From the NCBI GenBank assembly GCA_051362555.1, contig CM120647.1, positions 2,604,001 to 2,668,000 of the forward strand: a stretch of DNA of 64,000 bases, given 5' to 3'. Origin of the DNA: Lingula anatina. Taxonomy: Eukaryota > Animalia > Brachiopoda. The notes beneath the pieces are model-generated. The model was not told the DNA's origin. It saw only the letters and a program-made list of their open reading frames with translations, and made no database searches. The position numbers were made by a program, and so were the translations under genes. This document shows positions 37,452 to 54,800 of the stretch, piece by piece. Position 1 is the stretch's first letter. Each line of letters opens with the position of its first letter.

Positions 37452-40400
37452 TAAATGGAATTGCAACAATGACAACACAAATATGTACAATAATGTTAAT
37501 GATTACAAAGACAAAAGAGGAGAAACAGAATAACACAGTGATCATAATTATATGGAGACACAAACAGTAACAACACAAACAAACATAGTGATCAAAATAA
37601 ATAAAAACATGTACATTGACAACAGTAACTTGCACTATAATGACAATGAACACAAGGAAAAAGAGTAAAAACATAGCCCAACACAGTCATTTCAATAAAT
37701 ACAAACACATTCAGTAACAATACAGAATAGACACAGCAAACAGAATATAAACAGACACACAGATATACAGTGACAACCCCATCATGCAGAGTAATAGTAA
37801 TGATTACAAACAGAGTGACAAAACTGACATACACATTCGCTCATCAACATCAAAAGTAAAGACACCAACGTAAATGGTGATCACAATAAATGGAATTGCA
37901 ACAGTGACAACACAAATATGTACAGTAATGTTAATGATTATAAAGAAAAAAAGAGTACAAACACACTCATACAGTGGTCAGATTTATATGCAGACACAAA
38001 CAGTAACAACATAAACAAACACAGTGCTCAAAATAAATATAAACATGTATATTGTCGCATAGAAATGAGCACCGAAATGACAATAAACACAAGAAAAAAG
38101 AGTGAAAACATAGCCCTACACAGTCATTAAAATATATACAAACACATTCAGTAACAATACAGAATAGAAACAGCAAACAGAATATTTATAACAGACATAT
38201 AGACATACATTGACAACACCATCATTCAGCGCAATAGTAATGATAACAAACAAATAGAGTGACAAAACTGATGTACACAATGCTCACAATAAATACAAGC
38301 ACGTACAGTAACAACACAAACATGCACAGTCATCAAAATGAATATTAATATATACAGTGACAACAATAATGTGCAATGTAATTACAATGAACACAAGGAA
38401 AAAGAGTGAAAACATAGACCTACACAGTCATCACAATATATACAAACATATTCAGAAACAATATAGAATAGACACAAAAAACAGAATATAAAGAAACACA
38501 TAGATATACAGTGACAACACCATCATTCAGTGCAACAGTAATGATTACAAACAAAGAGTGACAAAACTGATATACACAGTTCTCACAATATATACAAACA
38601 TCAACAGTATTGACGCTAACATACATGTTGATCACAATAAATAGAATTGCAACAATGATAGCACAAATATGTACAGTAATGTTAATAATTACGAAGAAAA
38701 AAGAGGAGAAACAGAATAACACAGTAATCAAAATAAATATAAACATGTATATTGATAACAGTAACTAGCACCGAAATGATAATGAACCCAAGAAAAAAAG
38801 GATTGAAAACATAGCCCAGACAGTCATTACAATAATTACAAACACATTCAGTAACAATACAGAATAGACACAGCAAACAGAATATAAACAGACACACAGA
38901 TATACAGTGACAACAACATCATAGTAATGATTACAAACATACAGATTGACAAGACTAACATACACAGTGATCGCAATATATACAAACACATACAGTGACA
39001 ACACCAACATGCACAGTAATCGAAATGATTACTTAAAAACACTGTCACAATACAGACATACACAGTGATTAGAACAAAATTGACATGTACAGTGATATCA
39101 GTAACTTGCACAGAAAAGAGAATGAACACAGGGAAAAAGAGTGAAAAAAAAAATAGCCGCAGACAGTCATCCCAATATGTACAAACACATTCAGTAACAA
39201 TACAGAATAGACATAGCAAACGCAATATAAGCAGACACATAGACATATAATTACTACATTAACATTCAGAGTAACAGTAATGATTACAAACAAATAGAGT
39301 GACAAAACAGACAAACACAGTCATCAGAATACATGGAAATACATGCAGTGACAATATAGAATAGACACAGCAAACAGAATATAAACAGACACACAGATCT
39401 AGACATACATTGAAAGCACCATCATTCACCTCAATAGTAATGATAATAAATAGAACAGAATAACACAGTGATCATAATTATATGGAGACACAAACAGTAA
39501 CAACACAAACAAACATAGTGATCAAAATAAATATAAACATGTACATTGACAACTCGCACCGTATTGACAATGAACACAAGGAAAAAGAGTGAAAACATAG
39601 CCCTACACAGTCATCAGAATATATACAAACACGTTCAGTAACAATATAGAATAGACACAGAAAACAGAATATAAAACAAACACATAGACATACATTGACA
39701 AAAACATCATTTAGTGCAAAGTACATGAACAGTAATGATTACAAACAAAGAGTGACAAAACTGATGTACACAGTGCTCACAATAAATACAAGCACGTACA
39801 GTAACAACAAAAGAGTGAAAACATAGCCCTACACAGTCATTACAATATATACAAACACATTCAGTAACAATACAGAATAGAAACAGCAAACAGAATACAT
39901 ATAACAGACATATAGACATACATTGACAACACCATCATTCAGCGCAATAGTAATGATAACAAACAAATAGAGTGACAAAACTGACGTACACAGTGCTTAC
40001 AATATATACAAACATCAACAGTAATGATGCTAACATACTTGTTGATCACAATTAATAGAATTGCAACAATGACAGCACAAATATGTACAGTAATGTAAAT
40101 GATTACAAAGAAAAAAAAGTACAAACAGACTTATACAGTGATCAGATTTATATGCAGACACAAACAGTAACAACACAAACAAACACAGTGATCAATATAA
40201 ATATAAACATGTACATTGTCAACAGTAACTTGCACCATAATGACAATGAACATAAGGAAAAAGAGTGAAAACATAGCCCAACACAGTCATTACAATAAAT
40301 ACAAACACATTCAGTAACAATACAGAATAGACACAGCAAACAGAATATAAACAGACACACAGATATACAGTGACAACAACATCATAGTAATGATAATAAA

Positions 40401-42509
40401 CAATCAGAGTGACAAAATCAACATACACAGTAATCACAATAAGTAGAAACACCTACAGTGACAACAGCAACATGCACAGTAATGAATATAATTACTAACA
40501 AACACTGTCACAATACAGATGTACACAGTGATCAGAAAAAATTTTGACATGTACAGTGACAATTGTAACATGCATCATAATTAGAATGAACACAAGCAAA
40601 AAGATTGAAAACATAGCCGCACACAGTCATGAAAATAATTACTAACAAACAGTCACAATACAGACATACACAGTGATCAGAAAAAAATTTGACATGTACA
40701 GTGACAATAGTAACGTGCACCATAATAAGAATGAACACAAGCAAAAAGATTGAAAACAGCCACATAGTCATCAAAATAATTACTAACAAACACAGACACA
40801 ATACAGACATACACAGTGATCAGAAAAAAAATTTGACGTGTACAGTGACAACAGTAACATGCACCATAATAAGAATAAACACAAGGAAAAAGATTGAAAA
40901 AATAGCCGCACACAGTCATCAAAATCATTACTAACAAACACAGTCACAATACAGATATACACAGTGATCAGAAAAAAATTTGACATGTACAGTGACAACA
41001 GTAACGTGCACCATAATAAGAATGAACACAAGGAAAAAGATTGAAAACAAAGCCCCACACAGTCATCACAATTTGTACAAAAACATTCAGTAACAATACA
41101 AAATAGGCACAGCAAACACAATTTAAAGAGACACATAGACATACAGTGACAACCCCATCATGCAGAGTAATAGTAATGATTACAAACAGAGTGACAAAAC
41201 TGACATACACATTTGCTCATCAACATCAAAAGTAAAGTAACGACACCAACGTACATGGTGATCACAATAACTGGAATTGCAACAGTGACAACACAAATAT
41301 GTACAGTAATGTTAATGATTACAAAGAAAAAAGAGGAGAAACAGAATAACACAGTGATCATAATTATATGGAGACACAAACAGTAACAACACAAACAAAC
41401 ATAGTGATCAAAATAAATAAAAACATGTACATTGACAACAGTAACTCGCATCGTAATAACAATGAACACAAGGAAAAAGAATGAAAACATAGCCTTACAC
41501 AGTAATCATGATATATACAAACACATTTAGTAACAATATAGAATAGACAAAGAAAACAGAATATAAAACAAACACATAGAGATACATTGACAAAAACATC
41601 ATTTAGTGCACAGTACATAAACAGTAATGATTACAAACAAAGAGTGACAAAACTGATGTACACAGTGCTCACAATAAATACAAGCACGTACAGTAACAAC
41701 AAAAGAGTGAAAACATAGCCCTATACAGTCATTACAATATATACAAACACATTCAGTAACAATACAGAATAGAAACAGCAAACAGAATACATATAACAGA
41801 CACATAGACATTCATTGACAACACCATCATTCAGCGCAATAGTAATGATAACAAACAAATAGAGTGACAAAACTGACGTACACAATGCTCACAATAAATA
41901 CAAGCACGTACAGTAACAACACAAACATGCACAGTCATCAAAATGAATATTAATATATACAGTGACAACAATAATGTGCAATGTAATGACAATGAACACA
42001 AGGAAAAAGAGTGAAAACATAGACCTACACAGTCATCACAATATATACAAACATATTCAGAAACAATATAGAATAGACACAAAAAACAGAATATAAAGAA
42101 ACACATAGATATACAGTGACAACACCATCATTCAGTGCAACAGTAATGATTACAAACAAAGAGTGACAAAACTGACATACACAGTGCTCACAATATATAC
42201 AAACATCAACAGTATTGACGCTAACATACATGTTGATCACAATAAATAGAATTGCAACAATGACAGCACAAATATGTACAGTAATGTTAATAATTACGAA
42301 GAAAAATGAGGAGAAACAGAATAACACAGTGATCATAATTATATGCAGACACAAACAGTAACAACACAAACAAACACAGAAATCAAAATAAATATAAACA
42401 TGTACATTGATAACAGTAACTAGCACCGAATGAACCCAAGAAAAAAAGGATTGAAAACATAGCCCAAGACAGTCATTACAATAATTACAAACACATTCAG
42501 TAACAATAC

Positions 42510-45500
42510 AGAATAGACACAGCAAACAGAATATAAACAGACACACAGATATACTGTGACAACAACATCATAGTAATGATTACAAACAAACAGATTCACA
42601 AAACTAACATACACAGTGATCACAATATATACAAACACATACAGTGACAACACCAACATGCACAGTAATTGAAATGATTACTAAAAAAACACTGTCACAA
42701 TACAGACATACACAGTGATTAGAAAAAAATTGACATGTACAGTGATATCAGTAACTTGCACAGAAAAGAGAATGAACACAGGGAAAAAGAGTGAAAAAAA
42801 AAATAGCCGCAGACAGTCATCCCAATATGTACAAACACATTCAGTAACAATACAGAATAGACATAGCAAACGCAATATAAGCAGACACATAGACATATAA
42901 TTACTACACCAACATTCAGAGTAACAGTAATGATTACAAACAAATAGAGTGACAAAACAGACAAACACAGTTATCAGAATACATGGAAATACATGCAGTG
43001 ACAATATAGAATAGACACAGCAAACAGAATATAAACAGACACACAGATCTAGACATACACTGAAAGCACCATCATTCACCTCAATAGTAATGATAATAAA
43101 TAGAACAGAATAACACAGAGTGAAAACATAGCCCTACACAGTCATCAGAATAATTACTAACAAACAGTCACAATACAGACATACACAGTGATCAGAAAAA
43201 ATTTTGACATGTACAGTGACAATAGTAACATGCACCATAATAAGAATAAACACAAGGAAAAAGATTGAAAACAAAGCCGCACACAGTCATCACAATTTGT
43301 ACAAAAACATTCAGTAACAATACAAAATAGGCACAGCAAACACAATTTAAACAGACACATAGACATACAGTGACAACCCCTCAGAGTAATAGTAATGATT
43401 ACAAACAGAGTGAAAAAACTGACAAACACATTCCCTCATCAACATCAAAAGTAAAGTAACGACACCAACGTACATGGTGATCACAATAAATGGAATTGCA
43501 ACAATGACAACACAAATATGTACAATAATGTTAATGATTACAAAGACAAAAGAGGAGAAACAGAATAACACAGTGATCATAATTATATGGAGACACAAAC
43601 AGTAACAACATAAACACAGTGCTCAAAATAAATATAAACATGTATATTGTCACATAGAAATGAGCACCGAAATGACAAACAAACACAGTGATCAATATAA
43701 ATATAAACATGTACATTGATAACAGTAACTTCCACCATAATGACAATGAACATAAGGAAAAAGAGTGAAAACATAGCCCAACACAGTCATTACAATAAAT
43801 ACAAACACATTCAGTAACAATACAGAATAGACACAGCAAACAGAATATAAACAGACACACAGATATACAGTGACAACCCCATCATGCAGAGTAATAGTAA
43901 TGATTACAAACAGAGTGACAAAACTGACATACACATTCGCTCATAAACATCAAAAGTAAAGTAAAGACACCAACGTACATGGTGATCAAAATAAATAGAA
44001 TTGCAACAGTGACAACACAAATATGTACAGTAATGTTAATGATTATAAAGAAAAAAAGAGTACAAACACACTCATACAGTGGTCAGATTTATATGCAGAC
44101 ACAAACAGTAACAACATAAACACAGTGCTCAAAATAAACATAAACATGTATATTGTCACATAGAAATGAGCACCGAAATGACAATAAAAACAAGAAAAAA
44201 GAGTGAAAACATAGCCCTACACAGTCATTACAATATATACAAACACATTCAGTAACAATACAGAAAAGAAACAACAAACAGAATATTTATAACAGACATA
44301 TAGACATACATTGACAACACCATCATTCAGCGCAATAGTAATGATAACAAACAAATAGAGTGACAAAACTGATGTACACAATGCTCACAATAAATACAAG
44401 CACGTACAGTAACAACACAAACATGCACAGTCATCAAAATGAATATTAATATATACAGTGACAACAATGTGCAATGTAATGACAATGAACACCAAGAAAA
44501 AGAGTGAAAACATAGACCTACACAGTCATCACAATATATACAAACACATTCAGAAACAATATAGAATAGACACAAAAAACAGAATATAAAGAAACACATA
44601 GACATACAGTGACAACACCATTATTCAGTGCAACAGTAATGATTACAAACAAAGAGTTACAAAACTTACATACACAGTGCTTACAATATACACAAACATC
44701 AACAGTATTGACGCTAACATACATGTTGATCACAATAAATAGAATTGCAACAATGACAGCACAAATATGTGCAGTAATGTTAATAATTACAAAGAAAAAA
44801 GAGGAGAAACAGAATAACACAGTGATCATAATTATATGCAGACACAAACAGTAACAACACAAACAAACACAGTAATCAAAATAAGTATTAACATGTACAT
44901 TGACAACAGTAACTAGCACCAAAATGATAATGAACCCAAGAAAAAAAGGATTGTAAACATAGCCCAAAACAGACATTACAATAATTACAAACACATTCAG
45001 TAACAATACAGAATAGACACAGCAAACAGAATATAAACAGACACACAGATATACGGTGACAACAACATCTTAGTAATGATTACAAACAAATAGAGTGACA
45101 AAACTAACATACACAGTGATCACAATATATACAAACACATACAGTGACAACACCAACATGCACAGTAATCGAAATGATTATTAAAAAACACTGTCACAAT
45201 ACAGACATACACAGTGATTAGAAAAAAATTGACATGTACAGTGATATCAGTAACTTGCATAGAAAAGAGAATGAACACAGGGAAAAAGAGTGAAAAAAAA
45301 AAATAGCCGCAGACAGTCATCCCAATATGTACAAACACAATCAGTAACAATACAGAATAGACATAGCAAACGCAATATAAGCAGACACATAGACATATAA
45401 TTACTACACCAACATTCAGAGTAACAGTAACAGTAATGATTACAAACAAATAAAGTGACAAAACAGACAAACACAGTTATCAGAATACATGGAAATACAT

Positions 45501-48500
45501 GCAGTGACAATATAGAATAGACACAGCAAACAGAATATAAACAGACACACAGATCAAGACATACACTGAAAGCACCATCATTCACCTCAATAGTAATGAT
45601 AATAAATAGAACAGAATAACACAGAGTGAAAACATAGCCCTACACAGTCATCAGAATAATTACTAACAAACAGTCACAATACAGACATACACAGTGATCA
45701 GAAAAAATTTTGACATGTACAGTGACAATAGTAACATGCACCATAATAAGAATAAACACAAGGAAAAAGATTGAAAACAAAGCCGCACACAGTCATCACA
45801 ATTTGTACAAAAACATTCAGTAACAATACAAAATAGGCACAGCAAACACAATTTAAACAGACACATAGACATACAGTGACAACCCCTCAGAGTAATAGTA
45901 ATGATTACAAACAGAGTGACAAAACTGACATACACATTCCCTCATCAACATCAAAAGTAAAGTAACGACACCAACGTACATGGTGATCACAATAAATGGA
46001 ATTGCAACAATGACAACACAAATATGTACAATAATGTTAATGATTACAAAGACAAAAGAGGAGAAACAGAATAACACAGTGATCATAATTATATGGAGAC
46101 ACAAACAGTAACAACATAAACACAGTGCTCAAAATAAATATAAACATGTATATTGTCACATAGAAATGAGCACCGAAATGACAAACAAACACAGTGATCA
46201 ATATAAATATAAACATGTACATTGATAACAGTAACTTCCACCATAATGACAATGAACATAAGGAAAAAGAGTGAAAACATAGCCCAACACAGTCATTACA
46301 ATAAATACAAACACATTCAGTAACAATACAGAATAGACACAGCAAACAGAATATAAACAGACACACAGATATACAGTGACAACCCCATCATGCAGAGTAA
46401 TAGTAATGATTACAAACAGAGTGACAAAACTGACATACACATTCGCTCATCAACATCAAAAGTAAAGTAAAGACACCAACGTACATGGTGATCAAAATAA
46501 ATAGAATTGCAACAGTGACAACACAAATATGTACAGTAATGTTAATGATTATAAAGAAAAAAAGAGTACAAACACACTCATACAGTGGTCAGATTTATAT
46601 GCAGACACAAACAGTAACAACATAAACAAACACAGTGCTCAAAATAAATATAAACATGTATATTGTCGCATAGAAATGAGCACCGAAATGACAATAAACA
46701 CAAGAAAAAAGAGTGAAAACATAGCCCTACACAGTCATTAAAATATATACAAACACATTCAGTAACAATACAGAAAAGAAACAGCAAACAGAATATTTAT
46801 AACACACATATAGACATACATTGACAACACCATCATTCAGCGCAATAGTAATGATAACAAACAAATAGAGTGACAAAACTGATGTACACAATGCTCATAA
46901 TAAATACAAGCACGTACAGTAACAACACAAACATGCACAGTCATCAAAATGAATATTAATATATACAGTGACAACAATAATGTGCAATGTAATGACAATG
47001 AACACAAGGAAAAAGAGTGAAAACATAGACCTACACAGTCATCACAATATATACAAACATATTCAGAAACAATATAGAATAGACACAAAAAACAGAATAT
47101 AAAGAAACACATAGATATACAGTGACAACACCATCATTCAGTGCAACAGTAATGATTACAAACAAAGAGTGACAAAACTGACATACACAGTTCTCACAAT
47201 ATATACAAACATCAACAGTATTGACGCTAACATACATGTTGATCACAATAAATAGAATTGCAACAATGATAGCACAAATATGTACAGTAATGTTAATAAT
47301 TACGAAAAAAAAAGGGAGAAACAGAATAACACAGTAATCAAAATAAATATAAACATGTATATTGATAACAGTAACTAGCACCGAAATGATAATGAACCCA
47401 AGAAAAAAAGGATTGAAAACATAGCCCAGACAGTCATTACAATAATTACAAACACATTCAGTAACAATACAGAATAGACACAGCAAACAGAATATAAACA
47501 GACACACAGATATACAGTGACAACAACATCATAGTAATGATTACAAACATACAGATTGACAAGACTAACATACACAGTGATCACAATATATACAAACACA
47601 TACAGTGACAACACCAACATGCACAGTAATCGAAATGATTACTAAAAAACACTGTCACAATACAGACATACACAGTGATTAGAACAAAATTGACATGTAC
47701 AGTGATATCAGTAACTTGCACAGAAAAGAGAATGAACACAGGGAAAAAGAGTGAAAAAAAATAGCCGCAGACAGTCATCCCAATATGTACAAACACATTC
47801 AGTAACAATACAGAATAGACATAGCAAACGCAATATAAGCAGACACATAGACATATAATTACTACATTAACATTCAGAGTAACAGTAATGATTACAAACA
47901 AATAGAGTGACAAAACAGACAAACACAGTCATCAGAATACATGGAAATACATGCAGTGACAATATAGAATAGACACAGCAAACAGAATATAAACAGACAC
48001 ACACAGATCTAGACATACATTGAAAGCACCATCATTCACCTCAATAGTAATGATAATAAATAGAACAGAATAACACAGTGATCATAATTATATGGAGACA
48101 CAAACAGTAACAACACAAACAAACATAGTGATCAAAATAAATATAAACATGTACATTGACAACTCGCACCGTATTGACAATGAACACAAGGAAAAAGAGT
48201 GAAAACATAGCCCTACACAGTCATCAGAATATATACAAACACGTTCAGTAACAATATAGAATAGACACAGAAAACAGAATATAAAACAAACACATAGACA
48301 TACATTGACAAAAACATCATTTAGTGCACAGTACATAAACAGTAATGAATACAAACAAAGAGTGACAAAACTGATGTACACAGTGCTCACAATAAATACA
48401 AGCACGTACAGTAACAACAAAAGAGTGAAAACATAGCCCTACACAGTCATTACAATAAATGATGTACACAATGCTCATAATAAATACAAGCACGTACAGT

Positions 48501-51500
48501 AACAACACAAACATGCACAGTCATCAAAATGAATATTAATATATACAGTGACAACAATAATGTGCAATGTAATGACAATGAACACAAGGAAAAAGAGTGA
48601 AAACATAGACCTACACAGTCATCACAATATATACAAACATATTCAGAAACAATATAAAATAGACACAGCAAACAGAATATAAACAGACACACAGATATAC
48701 TGTGACAACAACATCATAGTAATGATTACAAACAAACAGATTCACAAAACTAACATACACAGTGATCACAATATATACAAACACATACAGTGACAACACC
48801 AACATGCACAGTAATTGAAATGATTACTAAAAAACACTGTCACAATACAGACATACACAGTGATTAGAAAAAAATTGACATGTACAGTGATATCAGTAAC
48901 TTGCACAGAAAAGAGAATGAACACAGGGAAAAAGAGTGAAAAAAAAAATAGCCGCAGACAGTCATCCCAATATGTACAAACACATTCAGTAACAATACAG
49001 AATAGACATAGCAAACGCAATATAAGCAGACACATAGACATATAATTACTACACCAACATTCAGAGTAACAGTAATGATTACAAACAAATAGAGTGACAA
49101 AACAGACAAACACAGTTATCAGAATACATGGAAATACATGCAGTGACAATATAGAATAGACACAGCAAACAGAATATAAACAGACACACAGATCTAGACA
49201 TACACTGAAAGCACCATCATTCACCTCAATAGTAATGATAATAAATAGAACAGAATAACACAGAGTGAAAACATAGCCCTACACAGTCATCAGAATAATT
49301 ACTAACAAACAGTCACAATACAGACATACACAGTGATCAGAAAAAATTTTGACATGTACAGTGACAATAGTAACATGCACCATAATAAGAATAAACACAA
49401 GGAAAAAGATTGAAAACAAAGCCGCACACAGTCATCACAATTTGTACAAAAACATTCAGTAACAATACAAAATAGGCACAGCAAACACAATTTAAACAGA
49501 CACATAGACATACAGTGACAACCCCTCAGAGTAATAGTAATGATTACAAACAGAGTGAAAAAACTGACAAACACATTCCCTCATCAACATCAAAAGTAAA
49601 GTAACGACACCAACGTACATGGTGATCACAATAAATGGAATTGCAACAATGACAACACAAATATGTACAATAATGTTAATGATTACAAAGACAAAAGAGG
49701 AGAAACAGAATAACACAGTGATCATAATTATATGGAGACACAAACAGTAACAACATAAACACAGTGCTCAAAATAAATATAAACATGTATATTGTCACAT
49801 AGAAATGAGCACCGAAATGACAAACAAACACAGTGATCAATATAAATATAAACATGTACATTGATAACAGTAACTTCCACCATAATGACAATGAACATAA
49901 GGAAAAAGAGTGAAAACATAGCCCAACACAGTCATTACAATAAATACAAACACATTCAGTAACAATACAGAATAGACACAGCAAACAGAATATAAACAGA
50001 CACACAGATATACAGTGACAACCCCATCATGCAGAGTAATAGTAATGATTACAAACAGAGTGACAAAACTGACATACACATTCGCTCATAAACATCAAAA
50101 GTAAAGTAAAGACACCAACGTACATGGTGATCAAAATAAATAGAATTGCAACAGTGACAACACAAATATGTACAGTAATGTTAATGATTATAAAGAAAAA
50201 AAGAGTACAAACACACTCATACAGTGGTCAGATTTATATGCAGACACAAACAGTAACAACATAAACACAGTGCTCAAAATAAACATAAACATGTATATTG
50301 TCACATAGAAATGAGCACCGAAATGACAATAAAAACAAGAAAAAAGAGTGAAAACATAGCCCTACACAGTCATTACAATATATACAAACACATTCAGTAA
50401 CAATACAGAAAAGAAACAACAAACAGAATATTTATAACAGACATATAGACATACATTGACAACACCATCATTCAGCGCAATAGTAATGATAACAAACAAA
50501 TAGAGTGACAAAACTGATGTACACAATGCTCACAATAAATACAAGCACGTACAGTAACAACACAAACATGCACAGTCATCAAAATGAATATTGATATATA
50601 CAGTGACAACAATGTGCAATGTAATGACAATGAACACCAAGAAAAAGAGTGAAAACATAGACCTACACAGTCATCACAATATATACAAACACATTCAGAA
50701 ACAATATAGAATAGACACAAAAAACAGAATATAAAGAAACACATAGACATACAGTGACAACACCATTATTCAGTGCAACAGTAATGATTACAAACAAAGA
50801 GTTACAAAACTTACATACACAGTGCTTACAATATACACAAACATCAACAGTATTGACGCTAACATACATGTTGATCACAATAAATAGAATTGCAACAATG
50901 ACAGCACAAATATGTGCAGTAATGTTAATAATTACAAAGAAAAAAGAGGAGAAACAGAATAACACAGTGATCATAATTATATGCAGACACAAACAGTAAC
51001 AACACAAACAAACACAGTAATCAAAATAAGTATTAACATGTACATTGACAACAGTAACTAGCACCAAAATGATAATGAACCCAAGAAAAAAAGGATTGTA
51101 AACATAGCCCAAAACAGTCATTACAATAATTACAAACACATTCAGTAACAATACAGAATAGACACAGCAAACAGAATATAAACAGACACACAGATATACG
51201 GTGACAACAACATCTTAGTAATGATTACAAACAAATAGAGTGACAAAACTAACATACACAGTGATCACAATATATACAAACACATACAGTGACAACACCA
51301 ACATGCACAGTAATCGAAATGATTATTAAAAAACACTGTCACAATACAGACATACACAGTGATTAGAAAAAAATTGACATGTACAGTGATATCAGTAACT
51401 TGCATAGAAAAGAGAATGAACACAGGGAAAAAGAGTGAAAAAAAAAAATAGCCGCAGACAGTCATCCCAATATGTACAAACACAATCAGTAACAATACAG

Positions 51501-54500
51501 AATAGACATAGCAAACGCAATATAAGCAGACACATAGACATATAATTACTACACCAACATTCAGAGTAACAGTAACAGTAATGATTACAAACAAATAAAG
51601 TGACAAAACAGACAAACACAGTTATCAGAATACATGGAAATACATGCAGTGACAATATAGAATAGACACAGCAAACAGAATATAAACAGACACACAGATC
51701 AAGACATACACTGAAAGCACCATCATTCACCTCAATAGTAATGATAATAAATAGAACAGAATAACACAGAGTGAAAACATAGCCCTACACAGTCATCAGA
51801 ATAATTACTAACAAACAGTCACAATACAGACATACACAGTGATCAGAAAAAATTTTGACATGTACAGTGACAATAGTAACATGCACCATAATAAGAATAA
51901 ACACAAGGAAAAAGATTGAAAACAAAGCCGCACACAGTCATCACAATTTGTACAAAAACATTCAGTAACAATACAAAATAGGCACAGCAAACACAATTTA
52001 AACAGACACATAGACATACAGTGACAACCCCTCAGAGTAATAGTAATGATTACAAACAGAGTGACAAAACTGACATACACATTCCCTCATCAACATCAAA
52101 AGTAAAGTAACGACACCAACGTACATGGTGATCACAATAAATGGAATTGCAACAATGACAACACAAATATGTACAATAATGTTAATGATTACAAAGACAA
52201 AAGAGGAGAAACAGAATAACACAGTGATCATAATTATATGGAGACACAAACAGTAACAACATAAACACAGTGCTCAAAATAAATATAAACATGTATATTG
52301 TCACATAGAAATGAGCACCGAAATGACAAACAAACACAGTGATCAATATAAATATAAACATGTACATTGATAACAGTAACTTCCACCATAATGACAATGA
52401 ACATAAGGAAAAAGAGTGAAAACATAGCCCAACACAGTCATTACAATAAATACAAACACATTCAGTAACAATACAGAATAGACACAGCAAACAGAATATA
52501 AACAGACACACAGATATACAGTGACAACCCCATCATGCAGAGTAATAGTAATGATTACAAACAGAGTGACAAAACTGACATACACATTCGCTCATCAACA
52601 TCAAAAGTAAAGTAAAGACACCAACGTACATGGTGATCAAAATAAATAGAATTGCAACAGTGACAACACAAATATGTACAGTAATGTTAATGATTATAAA
52701 GAAAAAAAGAGTACAAACACACTCATACAGTGGTCAGATTTATATGCAGACACAAACAGTAACAACATAAACAAACACAGTGCTCAAAATAAATATAAAC
52801 ATGTATATTGTCGCATAGAAATGAGCACCGAAATGACAATAAACACAAGAAAAAAGAGTGAAAACATAGCCCTACACAGTCATTAAAATATATACAAACA
52901 CATTCAGTAACAATACAGAAAAGAAACAGCAAACAGAATATTTATAACACACATATAGACATACATTGACAACACCATCATTCAGCGCAATAGTAATGAT
53001 AGCAAACAAATAGAGTGACAAAACTGATGTACACAATGCTCATAATAAATACAAGCACGTACAGTAACAACACAAACATGCACAGTCATCAAAATGAATA
53101 TTAATATATACAGTGACAACAATAATGTGCAATGTAATGACAATGAACACAAGGAAAAAGAGTGAAAACATAGACCTACACAGTCATCACAATATATACA
53201 AACATATTCAGAAACAATATAGAATAGACACAAAAAACAGAATATAAAGAAACACATAGATATACAGTGACAACACCATCATTCAGTGCAACAGTAATGA
53301 TTACAAACAAAGAGTGACAAAACTGACATACACAGTTCTCACAATATATACAAACATCAACAGTATTGACGCTAACATACATGTTGATCACAATAAATAG
53401 AATTGCAACAATGATAGCACAAATATGTACAGTAATGTTAATAATTACGAAAAAAAAAGGGAGAAACAGAATAACACAGTAATCAAAATAAATATAAACA
53501 TGTATATTGATAACAGTAACTAGCACCGAAATGATAATGAACCCAAGAAAAAAAGGATTGAAAACATAGCCCAGACAGTCATTACAATAATTACAAACAC
53601 ATTCAGTAACAATACAGAATAGACACAGCAAACAGAATATAAACAGACACACAGATATACAGTGACAACAACATCATAGTAATGATTACAAACATACAGA
53701 TTGACAAGACTAACATACACAGTGATCACAATATATACAAACACATACAGTGACAACACCAACATGCACAGTAATCGAAATGATTACTAAAAAACACTGT
53801 CACAATACAGACATACACAGTGATTAGAACAAAATTGACATGTACAGTGATATCAGTAACTTGCACAGAAAAGAGAATGAACACAGGGAAAAAGAGTGAA
53901 AAAAAATAGCCGCAGACAGTCATCCCAATATGTACAAACACATTCAGTAACAATACAGAATAGACATAGCAAACGCAATATAAGCAGACACATAGACATA
54001 TAATTACTACATTAACATTCAGAGTAACAGTAATGATTACAAACAAATAGAGTGACAAAACAGACAAACACAGTCATCAGAATACATGGAAATACATGCA
54101 GTGACAATATAGAATAGACACAGCAAACAGAATATAAACAGACACACACAGATCTAGACATACATTGAAAGCACCATCATTCACCTCAATAGTAATGATA
54201 ATAAATAGAACAGAATAACACAGTGATCATAATTATATGGAGACACAAACAGTAACAACACAAACAAACATAGTGATCAAAATAAATATAAACATGTACA
54301 TTGACAACTCGCACCGTATTGACAATGAACACAAGGAAAAAGAGTGAAAACATAGCCCTACACAGTCATCAGAATATATACAAACACGTTCAGTAACAAT
54401 ATAGAATAGACACAGAAAACAGAATATAAAACAAACACATAGACATACATTGACAAAAACATCATTTAGTGCACAGTACATAAACAGTAATGAATACAAA

Positions 54501-54800
54501 CAAAGAGTGACAAAACTGATGTACACAGTGCTCACAATAAATACAAGCACGTACAGTAACAACAAAAGAGTGAAAACATAGCCCTACACAGTCATTACAA
54601 TAAATGATGTACACAATGCTCACAATAAATACAAGCACGTACAGTAACAACACAAACATGCACAGTCATCAAAATGAATATTAATATATACAGTGACAAC
54701 AATAATGTGCAATGTAATGACAATGAACACAAGGAAAAAGAGTGAAAACATAGACCTACACAGTCATCACAATATATACAAACATATTCAGAAACAATAT
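42510..54800. repeat. Near-perfect 6145-bp tandem duplication within the satellite
   Basis: ORF-track entries repeat with an offset of exactly 6145 (42715/48860, 43157/49302, 45663/51808, 48450/54595). The junction near 48655 lies inside a shared monomer. Confidence 0.9.

Noticed and set aside
37190-37674. ORFs across the hairpin element (123 aa +, 63 and 108 aa -)
   Set aside because: They are chimeras of a palindromic insert and satellite sequence, with no recognisable protein.
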